64,000 nt of DNA from Armatimonadota bacterium (GCA_041690135.1 JAWLHY010000002.1:656342-720341); one strand, 5' to 3'. Positions 23,856 to 34,306 are shown, counted from the stretch's first letter. Numbers and translations: made by a program. Notes: generated by a model from the letters alone, not told the origin.

Positions 23856-24437
23856 ATGTCACGAATTGGAAACCAACCGATCGCCCTGCCGGCTGGCGTG
23901 GAGATCTCCCGGAACAACGGTCACCTGGTGGTTCAGGGGCCAAAAGGCTCGCTGGAGCGGCCCGTGCCGGGGAACATCCAGGTCGAAGTCGACGGCGGGC
24001 AGGTCCTGGTCACCCGTCCGGATGACGAGCAGCAGACGCGCGCCCTGCACGGGCTCACGCGTACCCTTGTCGCCAATATGGTCAAGGGGGTGACCGACGG
24101 ATATGAGAAGGTGCTCGACATCGTGGGCGTCGGCTTCCGCGCCGAGATGGTCGGGCAGGCGGTGCGCATGCAGTTGGGCTACTCGCACCTGGTCGAGGTG
24201 CATCCGCGGCCGGGCATCTCGTTCGAGGTGGGCCAGGAGACCAACACGCGCCAGTTTTTCCTGCGTATCAAGGGCATCGATAAGGAGACCGTCGGTCAGC
24301 AGGCCGCCGAAATCCGAAGCCTGAAGAAGCCGGAGCCGTACAAGGGCAAGGGCATCCGCTATCGTGGAGAGGCCGTGCGCCGGAAGGCAGGTAAGACTGC
24401 CAAGGGCGGCGGTAAAGGCGGCGGCAAGAAGAAGTAA
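23856..24437 (+). CDS. rplF: 50S ribosomal protein L6
   Basis: MSRIG, PEPYKGKGIRY. Confidence 0.99.
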   Translation: MSRIGNQPIALPAGVEISRNNGHLVVQGPKGSLERPVPGNIQVEVDGGQVLVTRPDDEQQTRALHGLTRTLVANMVKGVTDGYEKVLDIVGVGFRAEMVGQAVRMQLGYSHLVEVHPRPGISFEVGQETNTRQFFLRIKGIDKETVGQQAAEIRSLKKPEPYKGKGIRYRGEAVRRKAGKTAKGGGKGGGKKK

Positions 24438-24446
24438 GGAACACCG

Positions 24447-24806
24447 ATGCTACGCAAGTACGAATTGAGAAAGCGCCGCCACGTGCGCGTGCGCAAAAAG
24501 GTTAACGGCACCACGGCGCGCCCGAGGCTGTCGATCTTCCGGAGCGAGCATCACATCTACGCTCAGGTGATTGACGACACGCTTGGCCGCACCCTGGCCG
24601 CGGCCTCGAGCATGGACAAGGAACTCCGCGGCAAGGTCGGCTACGGCGGCAACGTCGAGGCGGCGAAGCAGGTGGGACAGCTCGTGGCGGAGCGCGCCAA
24701 GGCTGCGGGGGTCGAGAAGGTCGTCTTCGACCGGGGTGGTTTCAACTACCACGGCCGTGTGGCCGCGCTGGCGGATGCCGCTCGCGCCGGCGGACTGGAA
24801 TTCTAG
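24447..24806 (+). CDS. rplR: 50S ribosomal protein L18
   Basis: [21 protein letters not shown]. Confidence 0.99.
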   Translation: MLRKYELRKRRHVRVRKKVNGTTARPRLSIFRSEHHIYAQVIDDTLGRTLAAASSMDKELRGKVGYGGNVEAAKQVGQLVAERAKAAGVEKVVFDRGGFNYHGRVAALADAARAGGLEF

Positions 24807-24810
24807 AATT

Positions 24811-25368
24811 ATGCGACGTATCGATCCGAACACGCTCGAGCTTCAGGAGCGGGTGATCAAGACGAACAAGTGCCAGAAGACGCACAAGGGCGGCCGGACT
24901 TTGAGCTGGAATGCCCTCGTCGTCGTAGGCGACGGCCACGGCCATGTGGGTGTGGCGATGGGTAAGGCGCGCGGTATCCCGGATGCGATCCGGAAGGGTG
25001 TCGAAGCGGCGAAGAAGGTCATCATCGAGGTGCCGCTCGACGGGACGACCATTCCGCATCCGATCCTGATTTCCTCCGGCGCGGCGAAGGTACTTCTCAA
25101 GCCGGCGTCTCCCGGCACCGGAGTGGTGGCGGGCGGCTCCGTGCGCGCCGTATTGGAAGCGGCGGGAGTGCGCGACGTCCTGGCGAAGTCCCTGGGATCG
25201 TCCAACGCCATCAACTGCGCCTGGGCGACCATCGAAGCGCTCAAGTCGCTGCGCACTCCGGAAGAAGTTGCGGCGGCGCGCGGGGTGGAGCTTTCCCAGC
25301 TTCCGGTGCGACGGCAGGCCAGCGCCACGCATACGCCGGCGTCGATGGAGGAGACCGCCAATGCCTAA
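24811..25368 (+). CDS. rpsE: 30S ribosomal protein S5
   Basis: [28 protein letters not shown]. Confidence 0.98.
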   Translation: MRRIDPNTLELQERVIKTNKCQKTHKGGRTLSWNALVVVGDGHGHVGVAMGKARGIPDAIRKGVEAAKKVIIEVPLDGTTIPHPILISSGAAKVLLKPASPGTGVVAGGSVRAVLEAAGVRDVLAKSLGSSNAINCAWATIEALKSLRTPEEVAAARGVELSQLPVRRQASATHTPASMEETANA

Positions 25369-25561
25369 GATCAGGGTCACGCTGGTCCGCAGCACGATCG
25401 GTGCTCCGGGACCCCAGCGCCGTACCGTCGAGGGCCTGGGCCTGCGGCGTCTGAATCAAAGCGTCGTCCACAACGCGAACCTGCAGATCCTCGGAATGGT
25501 TCGTAAGGTGACGCATCTCGTCCGCGTCGAGGAAGTCACGGAAGAAGCCGAAGCGAAATGA
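25361..25561 (+). CDS. rpmD: 50S ribosomal protein L30
   Basis: [19 protein letters not shown]. Confidence 0.97.
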   Translation: MPKIRVTLVRSTIGAPGPQRRTVEGLGLRRLNQSVVHNANLQILGMVRKVTHLVRVEEVTEEAEAK

Positions 25562-25998
25562 GACTGGAAGATCTGAAGCCGAACCCCGGCGCCAAGCACC
25601 GCCCGAAGCGAGTGGGTCGCGGCATCGGGAGCGGTCACGGGAAAACATCCACCCGCGGCCACAAGGGTCAGTATGCGCGGAACACCGTTCGCCCCGGCTT
25701 CGAGGGTGGGCAGACCCCGCTGCATCGGCGCCTGCCGCGGTACCGCGGGTTCAACAACCTGTTTGCGAAAGAATACGCCATCGTCAACCTGTCCCAGTTG
25801 GACAAGTTCGAGGCGGGCACCGTCATCACGCCGGAACTGCTCCTGGAAAAGGGAGTGATCCACGACGTGAAGAGCGGTGTGAAGATCCTGGGCGACGGCG
25901 AGCTGACCAAGAGTTTCACCGTGCACGCCCATAAGTTCAGTAAGAGCGCCGTCGAGAAGCTCCAGGCCAAGGGCGGCGCCGCGGAGGTTATCGGCTGA
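25558..25998 (+). CDS. rplO: 50S ribosomal protein L15
   Basis: [18 protein letters not shown]. Confidence 0.99.
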   Translation: MRLEDLKPNPGAKHRPKRVGRGIGSGHGKTSTRGHKGQYARNTVRPGFEGGQTPLHRRLPRYRGFNNLFAKEYAIVNLSQLDKFEAGTVITPELLLEKGVIHDVKSGVKILGDGELTKSFTVHAHKFSKSAVEKLQAKGGAAEVIG

Positions 25999-27365
25999 TG
26001 CTTCGGAACTTGATGACGGCGTGGAGCATTCCCGAAGTCCGCGCACGGATGCTGTATGTGGTGGGCATGATCATGGTTTTCGTGGTCGGTCTCCACATAC
26101 CCGTGCCGGGGGTCAATTTGCGCGCGCTCGAGGAGCTGATCCGCCAACTGCCAATCCTGACGCTCTTCGATACCTTTTCGGGCAGCGCCTTCCGGCGGTT
26201 CACGATCTTTGCCCTCGGCATCACGCCGTACATCAACGCTTCGATCATCATGCAGTTGCTGACGGTGGCGGTGCCCCAGCTTGAGGCGATGTCCAAAGAG
26301 GGGGAGAGCGGGCGGAAGCGGATCGCGCAGATCACCCGCTACCTCACCGTCGGCCTGGCGCTTTTCCAGGCGATCGGCCTCGTGACGATGCTGTCGAACC
26401 AGAGCGGCCAGACCGGAGCTCCCATCTTCAGTGGCGGATGGCTGACCATCGTGCAGGTGGTGATTTCCCTCACTGCGGGAACCACCTTCCTGATGTGGTT
26501 GGGTGAGTCGATTACGGAGAAGGGCATCGGGCAGGGCGTCAGCCTGATGATCTTCATGGGGATCATGGCACGCCTGCCGTATGATGTCCGGCTCACGGCC
26601 ACGGCTCTCCAGGGCGCCCAGGCCGGCGTGGCGATCTTCCAGTTGTTGATGCTGTTCGTGCTGTTCCTGGCGACCGTGGTGGGAATTATCTACGTCACCG
26701 GCGGCACGCGACGGATTCCCATCCAGCACGCGAAGCGCCAGATGGGGAACCGGATGGTGCAGCCGCAGAGCAGCTTCCTGCCGTTCAAGGTGAACACCGC
26801 GGGCGTGATGCCGATCATCTTTGCGATTTCGCTTCTGATGTTCCCGGCTACGCTCGCCTCCTTCGTGAATAACCCTTCGAATCCGGGACCGTTGACGAAC
26901 TTCGCACGGTTCGTGATCGATTGGACCACTCCGGGTCAGAATCACTTCGCTTCGCTCTTGTATGCGGTACTGATCGTCCTGTTCACGTACTTCTATGCGG
27001 CCATCGCGGTGAACATCCCGGAGCTGACGGACAACCTGAAGAAGTACGGCTCATTTATTCCGGGTATCCGGCCGGGGCGACCCACGCAGGAGTACCTGGA
27101 CCGGGTGTTGACCCGAATCACCTTTGCCGGAGCCATCTTCCTGGCGGTGATCGGCCTGGTGCAGTACTACATCCCAATGCTCACGGGAATTGCTACCTTC
27201 ACTCTGGTGGGGGGAACTTCACTGCTCATCGTGGTGGGCGTGGCGTTGGATACGATGCAGAACCTGGAGTCGCACCTCGTGATGCGCAACTACGAGGGCT
27301 TCATCCGGCAGTCGTCTCGACGGCGGGGCGGAGCCACCGGTCTCGGCGGCGTGAGTCTTCGGTAG
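25998..27365 (+). CDS. secY: Preprotein translocase SecY
   Basis: ALGITPYINASII, AGVMPIIFA, FIPGIRPG, GGTSLLIVVGV. Confidence 0.99.
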   Translation: MLRNLMTAWSIPEVRARMLYVVGMIMVFVVGLHIPVPGVNLRALEELIRQLPILTLFDTFSGSAFRRFTIFALGITPYINASIIMQLLTVAVPQLEAMSKEGESGRKRIAQITRYLTVGLALFQAIGLVTMLSNQSGQTGAPIFSGGWLTIVQVVISLTAGTTFLMWLGESITEKGIGQGVSLMIFMGIMARLPYDVRLTATALQGAQAGVAIFQLLMLFVLFLATVVGIIYVTGGTRRIPIQHAKRQMGNRMVQPQSSFLPFKVNTAGVMPIIFAISLLMFPATLASFVNNPSNPGPLTNFARFVIDWTTPGQNHFASLLYAVLIVLFTYFYAAIAVNIPELTDNLKKYGSFIPGIRPGRPTQEYLDRVLTRITFAGAIFLAVIGLVQYYIPMLTGIATFTLVGGTSLLIVVGVALDTMQNLESHLVMRNYEGFIRQSSRRRGGATGLGGVSLR

Positions 27366-27403
27366 GAAACTGCGGCCCAGGAACGGAAAGTTCCGGCAGG
27401 AGT

Positions 27404-27449
27404 AGAAGTGGAGGGGAGGAGCGATTCGCTCTCACCCCTCCCTTCTGTT
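27404..27449 (+). terminator. Hairpin after secY (possible terminator)
   Basis: AGAAGTGGAGGGGAGGAGCG/CGCTCTCACCCCTCCTTCT followed by GTTT. Confidence 0.45.
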
Positions 27450-27517
27450 TAACCGGCAAGCACCCGAGGGGCTAGATGAGCGCCAAACCCGGCGCTGAGA
27501 GGATTGAGAGGACCTGG

Positions 27518-28174
27518 ATGAGGCTTGTTCTGCTGGGCCCGCCCGGCGCCGGCAAGGGTACTCAAGGGCAGGTGTTGACCGAGCAGCTCGGCATCCCCCG
27601 GATATCTACCGGAGACATGCTGCGAGACGCGGCGGACACCGGTTCAGAGGTGGGAGTTGAAGCGAAGCGCTTCACGGACCAGGGTCGCCTGGTGCCGGAC
27701 GAGATGATTCTGCGGCTCGTGGAGCAGCGCCTCAAAGCTTCCGACGCGCAGGCCGGCTATTTACTGGACGGGTTTCCCCGGACGGTCAACCAGGCCGAGC
27801 GGTTCAGCGAGTGGCTCACAGCGCACCACCAGACACTGGACGCCGTGGTGGATCTACGTGTGGCGGATGAGATCATTGTTGGGAGAATTTCCGACAGGAG
27901 GGTCTGTCCGGCTTGCCACGAGACCTACCATATGACCAGCCGTCCGCCGCGGGAGGATGAACTCTGCGACGTGTGCGGTGCGGGGCTCGTCCAGCGCGAC
28001 GACGACCGTGCCGAGTTGGTGCGGGAGCGCCTCCATATTTACCACGAGCGCACCGAACCACTCACGAATTACTATGCCGACCGCAACCTGCTCATCGCCA
28101 TTCAAGGCGATCGCCCCGTGGGTGAAGTCACTCAGGCCATCATTGCGGCGCTGCAGGCGCGCCGCCTGGGCTAG
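27518..28174 (+). CDS. adk: Adenylate kinase
   Basis: GPPGAGKGT, STGDMLR, DGFPR, zinc-lid CxxC...CxxC. Confidence 0.98.
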   Translation: MRLVLLGPPGAGKGTQGQVLTEQLGIPRISTGDMLRDAADTGSEVGVEAKRFTDQGRLVPDEMILRLVEQRLKASDAQAGYLLDGFPRTVNQAERFSEWLTAHHQTLDAVVDLRVADEIIVGRISDRRVCPACHETYHMTSRPPREDELCDVCGAGLVQRDDDRAELVRERLHIYHERTEPLTNYYADRNLLIAIQGDRPVGEVTQAIIAALQARRLG

Positions 28175-28183
28175 GAGCGGCAC

Positions 28184-28978
28184 ATGGGCCGGATCATCTA
28201 CAAGAGTGGTCGGGACATTGAGAAGATGCGGGAGGCCGGCTACATCGTTTCGACGGCTCTTGCCGCAATGCGGGAATCGGTGGCCCCCGGCGTCAGCACG
28301 ATGGAGCTCGACCGGCTGGCTCACGAAATAGTGAAGCGTCACGGTGGCACGCCTTCTTTTTTGGGGTATCGCCGGGAGACTCGGGTCTATCCCGCCAGCA
28401 TCTGCGCTTCGGTAAACGAAGAGGTGGTTCACGGCATACCGAATGAGAGCCGGGTGCTCCGCGAGGGTGACATCGTGAAGCTGGACATCGGGGTTCGCCT
28501 CAAGGGATTTCACGCCGACAGCGCAATCACCGTGCCGGTGGGGGAAGTCTCGCCCCGCGTGGGTGAATTGCTCGCCGCCACGCGGGAATCGCTGTGGCGG
28601 GGGATCCGGGCCATCCGGTACCGGGGTCGCCTGCAGGAAGTCTCCGCGGCGATTCAGGAGCACGTGGAGAGCAAGGGGTTCAGCATCGTTCGGCAGATGG
28701 TCGGTCACGGCGTCGGGAAAAGCCTCCATGAGGAGCCCCAGATTCCCAACTATGTCGATCCGACCCACCCGAATCTGCTGCTGGATGAGGGGATGACCCT
28801 CGCCATTGAGCCCATGGTTAACATGGGTGGCTGGGAAGTGGAAGTGCTCCCGGACGAGTGGACGGTCGTGACACGCGACCGCAAATGGAGCGCTCATTTC
28901 GAACACACCGTGGCGGTAACCAAGCGCGGGGCGGAAGTGCTCACGCTGGGTCCGCACGAGCAGGGATTTCCCGACTAG
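28184..28978 (+). CDS. map: Methionine aminopeptidase type I
   Basis: SVNEEVVHGIP, GHGVG, AIEPM, SAHFEHT. Confidence 0.99.
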   Translation: MGRIIYKSGRDIEKMREAGYIVSTALAAMRESVAPGVSTMELDRLAHEIVKRHGGTPSFLGYRRETRVYPASICASVNEEVVHGIPNESRVLREGDIVKLDIGVRLKGFHADSAITVPVGEVSPRVGELLAATRESLWRGIRAIRYRGRLQEVSAAIQEHVESKGFSIVRQMVGHGVGKSLHEEPQIPNYVDPTHPNLLLDEGMTLAIEPMVNMGGWEVEVLPDEWTVVTRDRKWSAHFEHTVAVTKRGAEVLTLGPHEQGFPD

Positions 28979-29032
28979 CGGCGGCGGATCCGGCTTTGTC
29001 CGCTATCCGCCTGTGTCACGCGTGAAATGCGC

Positions 29033-29061
29033 TTGAAAACGCATGCGTGTTCTGCTATTCT
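29033..29061 (+). promoter_or_regulatory. Internal promoter for the rpmJ-alpha operon
   Basis: TTGAAA, 17 nt spacer, TGc-TATTCT. Confidence 0.6.
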
Positions 29062-29117
29062 AGTCGGGTTGTCACCTCCCAGGCTCGTCCGTGGGGCGGG
29101 CAATGAGGACAGGTTTT

Positions 29118-29234
29118 ATGAAGGTACGACCCTCCGTTAAAAAGATGTGCGACGACTGCCGAGTCATTCGTCGCGAAGGCGTCGTTCGGGTGATCTGCAA
29201 GAAGAACCCGAAGCACAAGCAGCGCCAGGGCTAA
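29118..29234 (+). CDS. rpmJ: 50S ribosomal protein L36 (zinc-binding)
   Basis: Manual translation [38 protein letters not shown]; too short for the ORF track. Confidence 0.98.
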   Translation: MKVRPSVKKMCDDCRVIRREGVVRVICKKNPKHKQRQG

Positions 29235-29251
29235 GTTGAGGAGTAAGACTA

Positions 29252-29629
29252 GTGGCACGTATCGCCGGCGTTGACTTGCCACGCGATAAGCGCGTAGAAA
29301 TCGCGCTCACGTATATTTTCGGCGTGGGGCTGACGACGAGTCAGCAGATCCTCGCCAAGACGGGTGTCAATCCGGACACGCGCGTCCGCGAGCTGAGCGA
29401 GTCCGATGTGGCTCGTCTCCGCGAAGTGCTGGAGCGCGAGTTCCGGGTGGAAGGGGATCTGCGTCGGCAGATCGCGATGAACATCCGTCGCTTGAGTGAA
29501 ATCTCGTCTTTCCGTGGTATTCGCCACCGGCGCGGACTGCCCGTACGCGGTCAGCGCACCAAGACGAATGCCCGTACCCGCAAGGGTCCGCGACGCGCAG
29601 TCGCCGCGAAGAAGAAGAAAGGCAAGTAA
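29252..29629 (+). CDS. rpsM: 30S ribosomal protein S13
   Basis: [23 protein letters not shown]. Confidence 0.99.
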   Translation: MARIAGVDLPRDKRVEIALTYIFGVGLTTSQQILAKTGVNPDTRVRELSESDVARLREVLEREFRVEGDLRRQIAMNIRRLSEISSFRGIRHRRGLPVRGQRTKTNARTRKGPRRAVAAKKKKGK

Positions 29630-29632
29630 ACC

Positions 29633-30028
29633 GTGGCAAAGAAGCAATCCACCAGCCGCCAGAAGGTCAAGGAGAAGCGGCAGGTTTTGCATGGCGTGGT
29701 TCATATCCAGTCCACGTTCAACAACACCATCATCACCATCTCCGACCAGCGAGGCGAAGTCCTCTCCTGGGCCTCTGCCGGTTCGGTCGGCTTCAAGGGT
29801 ACGAAGAAGGGCACGCCCTTCGCTGCCCAGATGGCCTCGGAGAATGCGGCTCGCAAGGCGGCGGAGCATGGTTTGAAGCGGGTGGACGTCATGGTGAAGG
29901 GACCGGGAAGTGGTCGGGAAACCGCCATTCGCGCCCTCTCGACCGTCGGGTTCGAAGTGACGCTCATCAAGGATGTGACTCCGATCCCGCACAACGGTTG
30001 CCGCGCCCCCAAGCGCCGCCGCGTGTAA
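29633..30028 (+). CDS. rpsK: 30S ribosomal protein S11
   Basis: [25 protein letters not shown]. Confidence 0.99.
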   Translation: MAKKQSTSRQKVKEKRQVLHGVVHIQSTFNNTIITISDQRGEVLSWASAGSVGFKGTKKGTPFAAQMASENAARKAAEHGLKRVDVMVKGPGSGRETAIRALSTVGFEVTLIKDVTPIPHNGCRAPKRRRV

Positions 30029-30041
30029 GCTTCGACGGAAG

Positions 30042-30083
30042 TTGCAATTTGCAGTTTTCAATTGGCAATTTGCAATATTCAGC
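30042..30083. repeat. Heptamer tandem repeat (TTGCAAT-like, about 6 units)
   Basis: TTGCAAT TTGCAGT TTTCAAT TGGCAAT TTGCAAT ATTCAGC. Confidence 0.75.
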
Positions 30084-30228
30084 ACAGTAGAGAGATGCGG
30101 TTCCAGGGGTAACCCTTGGGGTTCGTCTACAGGGTGCAATGGGCGCCGCGCGTGTGGCGATCAACACCCACCCTTGTTCAGCCGTGTCACGCCCCCGGGT
30201 CGTGATCCCGGAAGGAGTTTCTAACGAT

Positions 30229-30855
30229 ATGGCAGTTTACAGCGGCCCCGTCTGCCGGCTTTGTCGCCGCGACGGCGTGAAGCTGTTTTTGAAGGGCGAG
30301 CGTTGCTACACCAGCAAGTGCGCCATCGAGCGGCGCAAGTACGCCCCCGGCCAGCACGGCCAGCGCCAGCGCAAGCTCGCCGATTACGGAGTGCAGCTCC
30401 GCGAGAAGCAGAAGCTGAAGAGGATCTATCGGGTCCTCGAGCGGCAGTTCCGCAGCTATTTCAAGGAAGCCGTGCGGCGCAAAGGCGTCACGGGTGAGAT
30501 TTTGCTGCAGCTCCTCGAGCTCCGTCTCGACAACGCCGTTTATCGATTGGGTTGCGCCATGTCCCGGCGCCAGGCGCGGCAGTTGGTGAACCATGGTCAC
30601 TTCCTGGTGAACGGGAAGCCGGTCAATATTCCTAGCTACCAGTTGCGCGTGGGCGACACCATCTCGGTCGCTCCGGCCAGCCGCACCGCGGGTGCCATCC
30701 AGGAGTCGGTGGCCAGTGCCGGTGGGCGCCGGACGCCGGAGTGGATGACGTTCGACACCAACGGCATGACCGGGCAGGTAACCTCGGTACCCACCCGCGA
30801 GCAGATTGATACGCAGGTCAACGAAGCGCTGATCGTCGAGTTCTACTCGCGCTAG
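30229..30855 (+). CDS. rpsD: 30S ribosomal protein S4
   Basis: [31 protein letters not shown]; AAGGAG RBS. Confidence 0.99.
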   Translation: MAVYSGPVCRLCRRDGVKLFLKGERCYTSKCAIERRKYAPGQHGQRQRKLADYGVQLREKQKLKRIYRVLERQFRSYFKEAVRRKGVTGEILLQLLELRLDNAVYRLGCAMSRRQARQLVNHGHFLVNGKPVNIPSYQLRVGDTISVAPASRTAGAIQESVASAGGRRTPEWMTFDTNGMTGQVTSVPTREQIDTQVNEALIVEFYSR

Positions 30856-31062
30856 GCCGCAGTCGGGGCCCGATCCGGGCAAAGTTTACGCGGAGTCGGG
30901 GGCGCTCTTCATTCTGTGGCGGAAAGAAGACGGAGAGGATGAGCGCCTTCCGGTTCCGGATGATCAGGTAGATGGATACTCGGTCGCGGGTCCCAACATC
31001 GGACGAATGTTGGGACCTAGTATCGCGTCTCTGGCTCGTCCGATAGCGAGGAGCACAGTCGT

Positions 31063-32061
31063 ATGGAAACCCAGGGTCCGCGCGTTGAGACGCTGGAACA
31101 GAATGAAACCTACGGCAAGTTCGTTGTAGAGCCGCTCGAGCGGGGTTATGCGGCCACGCTCGCCAATCCCCTGCGCCGTGTGTTGCTGTCTTCCCTGCGG
31201 GGAGCGGCCATCACCTCGGTGCGAATTGATGGGGTGCTGCACGAATTTGCTACGATCCCGGGCCTGCGTGAGGACACGTCGGAGTTCCTCCTGAACCTCA
31301 AGGCCCTGTCGGTGAAGGTGCAGGAGCCGGAAGCCGGATTCGGCGAAGAGCCGCGGCTTTACACGCTCCGCATCGATAAGCGCGGCGAGGGGGATGTCAC
31401 CGGCGCCGACATCGAATGCCCGGCGGACGTGGAAGTCGTGAACCCGGAAGTGCATCTCGCCACCCTGGCGGACGACAATGCGGCCTTGACCGTGGAGTTG
31501 ACCGTCGAAGTGGGGAAGGGATACGTCCTGCCGGAGAAGCACGAGCGCTTCAAGGGGCAGATCGGTGTGATCCCGGTGGGCTCTGCCTTTTCCCCGGTCC
31601 GCAAGGTGAACTTTGCGATCGAGGGGACGCGCGTCGGCAGCCGGTCAGACTACGAACGGCTCATCTTCGAGATCGAGACCAACGGCACCATCAGCCCCGG
31701 CAAGGCGCTGGCGGAAGCGGCGGCGGTCCTCGATCAGTACGTGCGCCTGTTCATGGATGTGAGCTCCGAACGCGTGGTGCGTCGCATTGACGACATCGAA
31801 GTCCCCAGCCAGCAACGGCAGCCTACCGGCGCGCCGGATATCCGGATCGAGGAGTTGGACTTTTCCGTCCGGACGTACAACTGCCTGAAGAAGGCGAACA
31901 TTCAGACGGTGGCGGATCTCACTCGCGCCAGCGAGGAAGAGTTGATGAACATCCGCAATTTCGGTCGCAAGTCGCTGGTTGAGGTTCAGGAAAAGCTGTC
32001 TCAGTTCGGCTACTCTCTCGCGGGCGGCACGGGTGTTTCTGCAGATACCGGAGAGGAATAG
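31063..32061 (+). CDS. rpoA: RNA polymerase alpha subunit
   Basis: EPLERG, LRRVLLSS, FSPVRKV, SVRTYNCL, RNFGRKS. Confidence 0.99.
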   Translation: METQGPRVETLEQNETYGKFVVEPLERGYAATLANPLRRVLLSSLRGAAITSVRIDGVLHEFATIPGLREDTSEFLLNLKALSVKVQEPEAGFGEEPRLYTLRIDKRGEGDVTGADIECPADVEVVNPEVHLATLADDNAALTVELTVEVGKGYVLPEKHERFKGQIGVIPVGSAFSPVRKVNFAIEGTRVGSRSDYERLIFEIETNGTISPGKALAEAAAVLDQYVRLFMDVSSERVVRRIDDIEVPSQQRQPTGAPDIRIEELDFSVRTYNCLKKANIQTVADLTRASEEELMNIRNFGRKSLVEVQEKLSQFGYSLAGGTGVSADTGEE

Positions 32062-32541
32062 ATGAGGCATCGAGTTCAGGGAAGGAAGCTGGGCTTGCCG
32101 TCCGACCAGCGGATGGCGCTATTGAAGGGCCTGGTACGACAGTTGTTCGCGCACAACGCGATTGTGACCACTGAGACCCGGGCGAAGGAAGTGCGCCGGA
32201 TCGCCGAGCGGCTGATCACGCTGGCGCGGGAAGACACGCTCGCCAACCGGCGATTGAGCCAGAAGTATCTGACGACCCAGACACCGTATCTCGCGGTGCC
32301 GAAGCCGGAAGGATACAACCGCTTGAGCCCGAACGAAAAGACCCGCGTAACCAACAAGCTGAAGGGCCGCAAGGCGGAGCGGACGGGCGTAAGCACCGAG
32401 GACTTTGTCTACCGGCTCTTCAACGAGATTGCGCCGCAGTTCCAGGATCGCCCGGGTGGTTACACCCGGATGTACAAGCTGGGCTTCCGCAAGGGTGATG
32501 CGGCTCCGCTCGTGCGGCTGGAGTTGGCGCTGGAGGAGTAG
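32062..32541 (+). CDS. rplQ: 50S ribosomal protein L17 with internal insertion
   Basis: MRHR, TTETRAKE, DRPGGYTR. Confidence 0.98.
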   Translation: MRHRVQGRKLGLPSDQRMALLKGLVRQLFAHNAIVTTETRAKEVRRIAERLITLAREDTLANRRLSQKYLTTQTPYLAVPKPEGYNRLSPNEKTRVTNKLKGRKAERTGVSTEDFVYRLFNEIAPQFQDRPGGYTRMYKLGFRKGDAAPLVRLELALEE

Positions 32542-32544
32542 TCC

Positions 32545-33357
32545 TTGCGCCGGCTGCGTCTGGTGCTGGAGTATGACGGGACCGACTTCTCGGGGTTCCA
32601 GCGCCAGGCGCACCGGAAGACCGTTCAGGGTGCCCTGGAAGCGAGGCTGCGGACCGTGCTGGGCCATCCGGTGGAGGTCACTGCCGCCGGTAGGACGGAC
32701 GCCGGGGTGCATGCCACCGGGCAGGTAGTACACTTTGACACGAACGTGCGTATTCCAGCGGATCGGCTGGAATACGCGCTCCAATATCGGACCGGTCCGG
32801 ACCTGCGGATCCGGCATGTCCAGGATGTGGACGAGAGTTTTCACGCGCGCTTCGGCGCCGTGGCGCGAACGTACCATTACCTGATCTCGCCGGAGCGGCC
32901 GTCTCCGGTGATGGGGCGGTATGTGGCCTGGGCAAGTGGGCTGCTGCCCGAAGCTCTGGAGCGGATGCGGGCCGCGGTTCCCGCGGTGGTGGGGACGCAC
33001 GACTTCGGCGCCTTCTGTGCAGCTGGGGCGGATGTTCACACGACAGTGCGGACGGTCACGCGAGCACAGGTCGTGCCGGTCGGGCCGCTTTTGCGCCTGG
33101 AAATCTCGGCAGATGCGTTTCTTTGGCGCATGGTGCGGAGTATCGCGGGGGAGTTGATCGAAATCGGGAGGGGCCGCCGCAATCCGGAGCGGCTGAAGCA
33201 GGCACTGGTGGGGCGGGCACGAACCGCGATATCGGTGAGTGCTCCGCCGAGCGGGCTCTTCCTGGTGAAGGTAGACTATCCGGATGGGTATCCTGGCTCG
33301 GGTGAGGATGCGGTCGGTCCGGTAACGGATTGGCAGAAGTTTTGTTTTATGCGATGA
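32545..33357 (+). CDS. truA: tRNA pseudouridine(38-40) synthase
   Basis: YDGTDFSGFQ, AGRTDAGVHA, FHARF, FLWRMVR. Confidence 0.98.
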   Translation: MRRLRLVLEYDGTDFSGFQRQAHRKTVQGALEARLRTVLGHPVEVTAAGRTDAGVHATGQVVHFDTNVRIPADRLEYALQYRTGPDLRIRHVQDVDESFHARFGAVARTYHYLISPERPSPVMGRYVAWASGLLPEALERMRAAVPAVVGTHDFGAFCAAGADVHTTVRTVTRAQVVPVGPLLRLEISADAFLWRMVRSIAGELIEIGRGRRNPERLKQALVGRARTAISVSAPPSGLFLVKVDYPDGYPGSGEDAVGPVTDWQKFCFMR

Positions 33358-33412
33358 TAGGGCGCGGCGCCGGGCGCAGCGCGGTCGTCGGTGATCTGGA
33401 GAGCGAATTCCG

Positions 33413-33838
33413 ATGAAGACCTTTATGGCAAAGGCGGAGACGATCCAGCGGGAATGGTGGGTGGTGGATGCCACCGACAAGCCGCTGGGCCGGTTGGCCG
33501 CTGAGGTGGCCGCAATTCTGCGGGGTAAGCACAAGCCCACCTTTACCCCCCACATGGACTCCGGCGATCACGTGATTGTGATCAATGCGGACAAGGTGGT
33601 GCTGACGGGCAGCAAGGGCGAGGAGCGGATTTACTGGCACTCCCAGTATCCCGGTGGTCTCAAGTCCGTGACCAAGGCGGCGATGCACGAGAACAAGCCG
33701 GAGCGCCTGGTCGAGCGTACGATCAAAGGCATGCTTCCGCACAACCGGCTCGGTGCGCAGATGTACCGCAAGCTGAAGGTGTATGCCGGTGCGAGCCATC
33801 CGCATGAAGCGCAGGGCCCGAAGCCGCGCGAGATTTAA
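33413..33838 (+). CDS. rplM: 50S ribosomal protein L13
   Basis: [19 protein letters not shown]. Confidence 0.99.
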   Translation: MKTFMAKAETIQREWWVVDATDKPLGRLAAEVAAILRGKHKPTFTPHMDSGDHVIVINADKVVLTGSKGEERIYWHSQYPGGLKSVTKAAMHENKPERLVERTIKGMLPHNRLGAQMYRKLKVYAGASHPHEAQGPKPREI

Positions 33839-33865
33839 GATCCAGTTGAGAGTTGGAGGACTAGA

Positions 33866-34267
33866 TTGGCCGACGGAACCCTAACCTATTACGCCACGGG
33901 TCACCGGAAGAACGCCACCGCGAAGGTGTGGCTGGTTCCGGGCGGCTCGGGTACGATCACCGTGAACGGGCGGCCGGTGGAGGACTATGTCCAGCGCCGG
34001 GCCCTGGAAATGCTCGTTCAGCAGCCGTTTGAGATGACCGAGACCGTGGGGCAGTACGACGTGCGCGCCAAGGTACTCGGCGGCGGGATTTCCGGCCAGG
34101 CCGGCGCGCTCCGCCACGGAATCTCGAAGGCGCTCGTTGTCGCCGATCCGGAGTTCCGGCCGCCGCTGCGCCGGAACGGATTCCTCACGCGTGACCCGCG
34201 GGTGAAGGAACGGAAGAAGTACGGCCGCAAGCGCGCCCGGCGCGGGTTCCAGTTCAGCAAGCGCTAA
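33866..34267 (+). CDS. rpsI: 30S ribosomal protein S9
   Basis: [29 protein letters not shown]. Confidence 0.99.
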   Translation: MADGTLTYYATGHRKNATAKVWLVPGGSGTITVNGRPVEDYVQRRALEMLVQQPFEMTETVGQYDVRAKVLGGGISGQAGALRHGISKALVVADPEFRPPLRRNGFLTRDPRVKERKKYGRKRARRGFQFSKR

Positions 34268-34306
34268 TCGCGAACTGATCTGGGGCTTCGGACCTGGAGC
34301 TTGGAT

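Noticed and set aside
33330-33358. Promoter for rplM within the truA 3' end (TTGGCA-17-GATGAT)
   Set aside because: The -10 box lacks the conserved first T; plausible but too weak to call.
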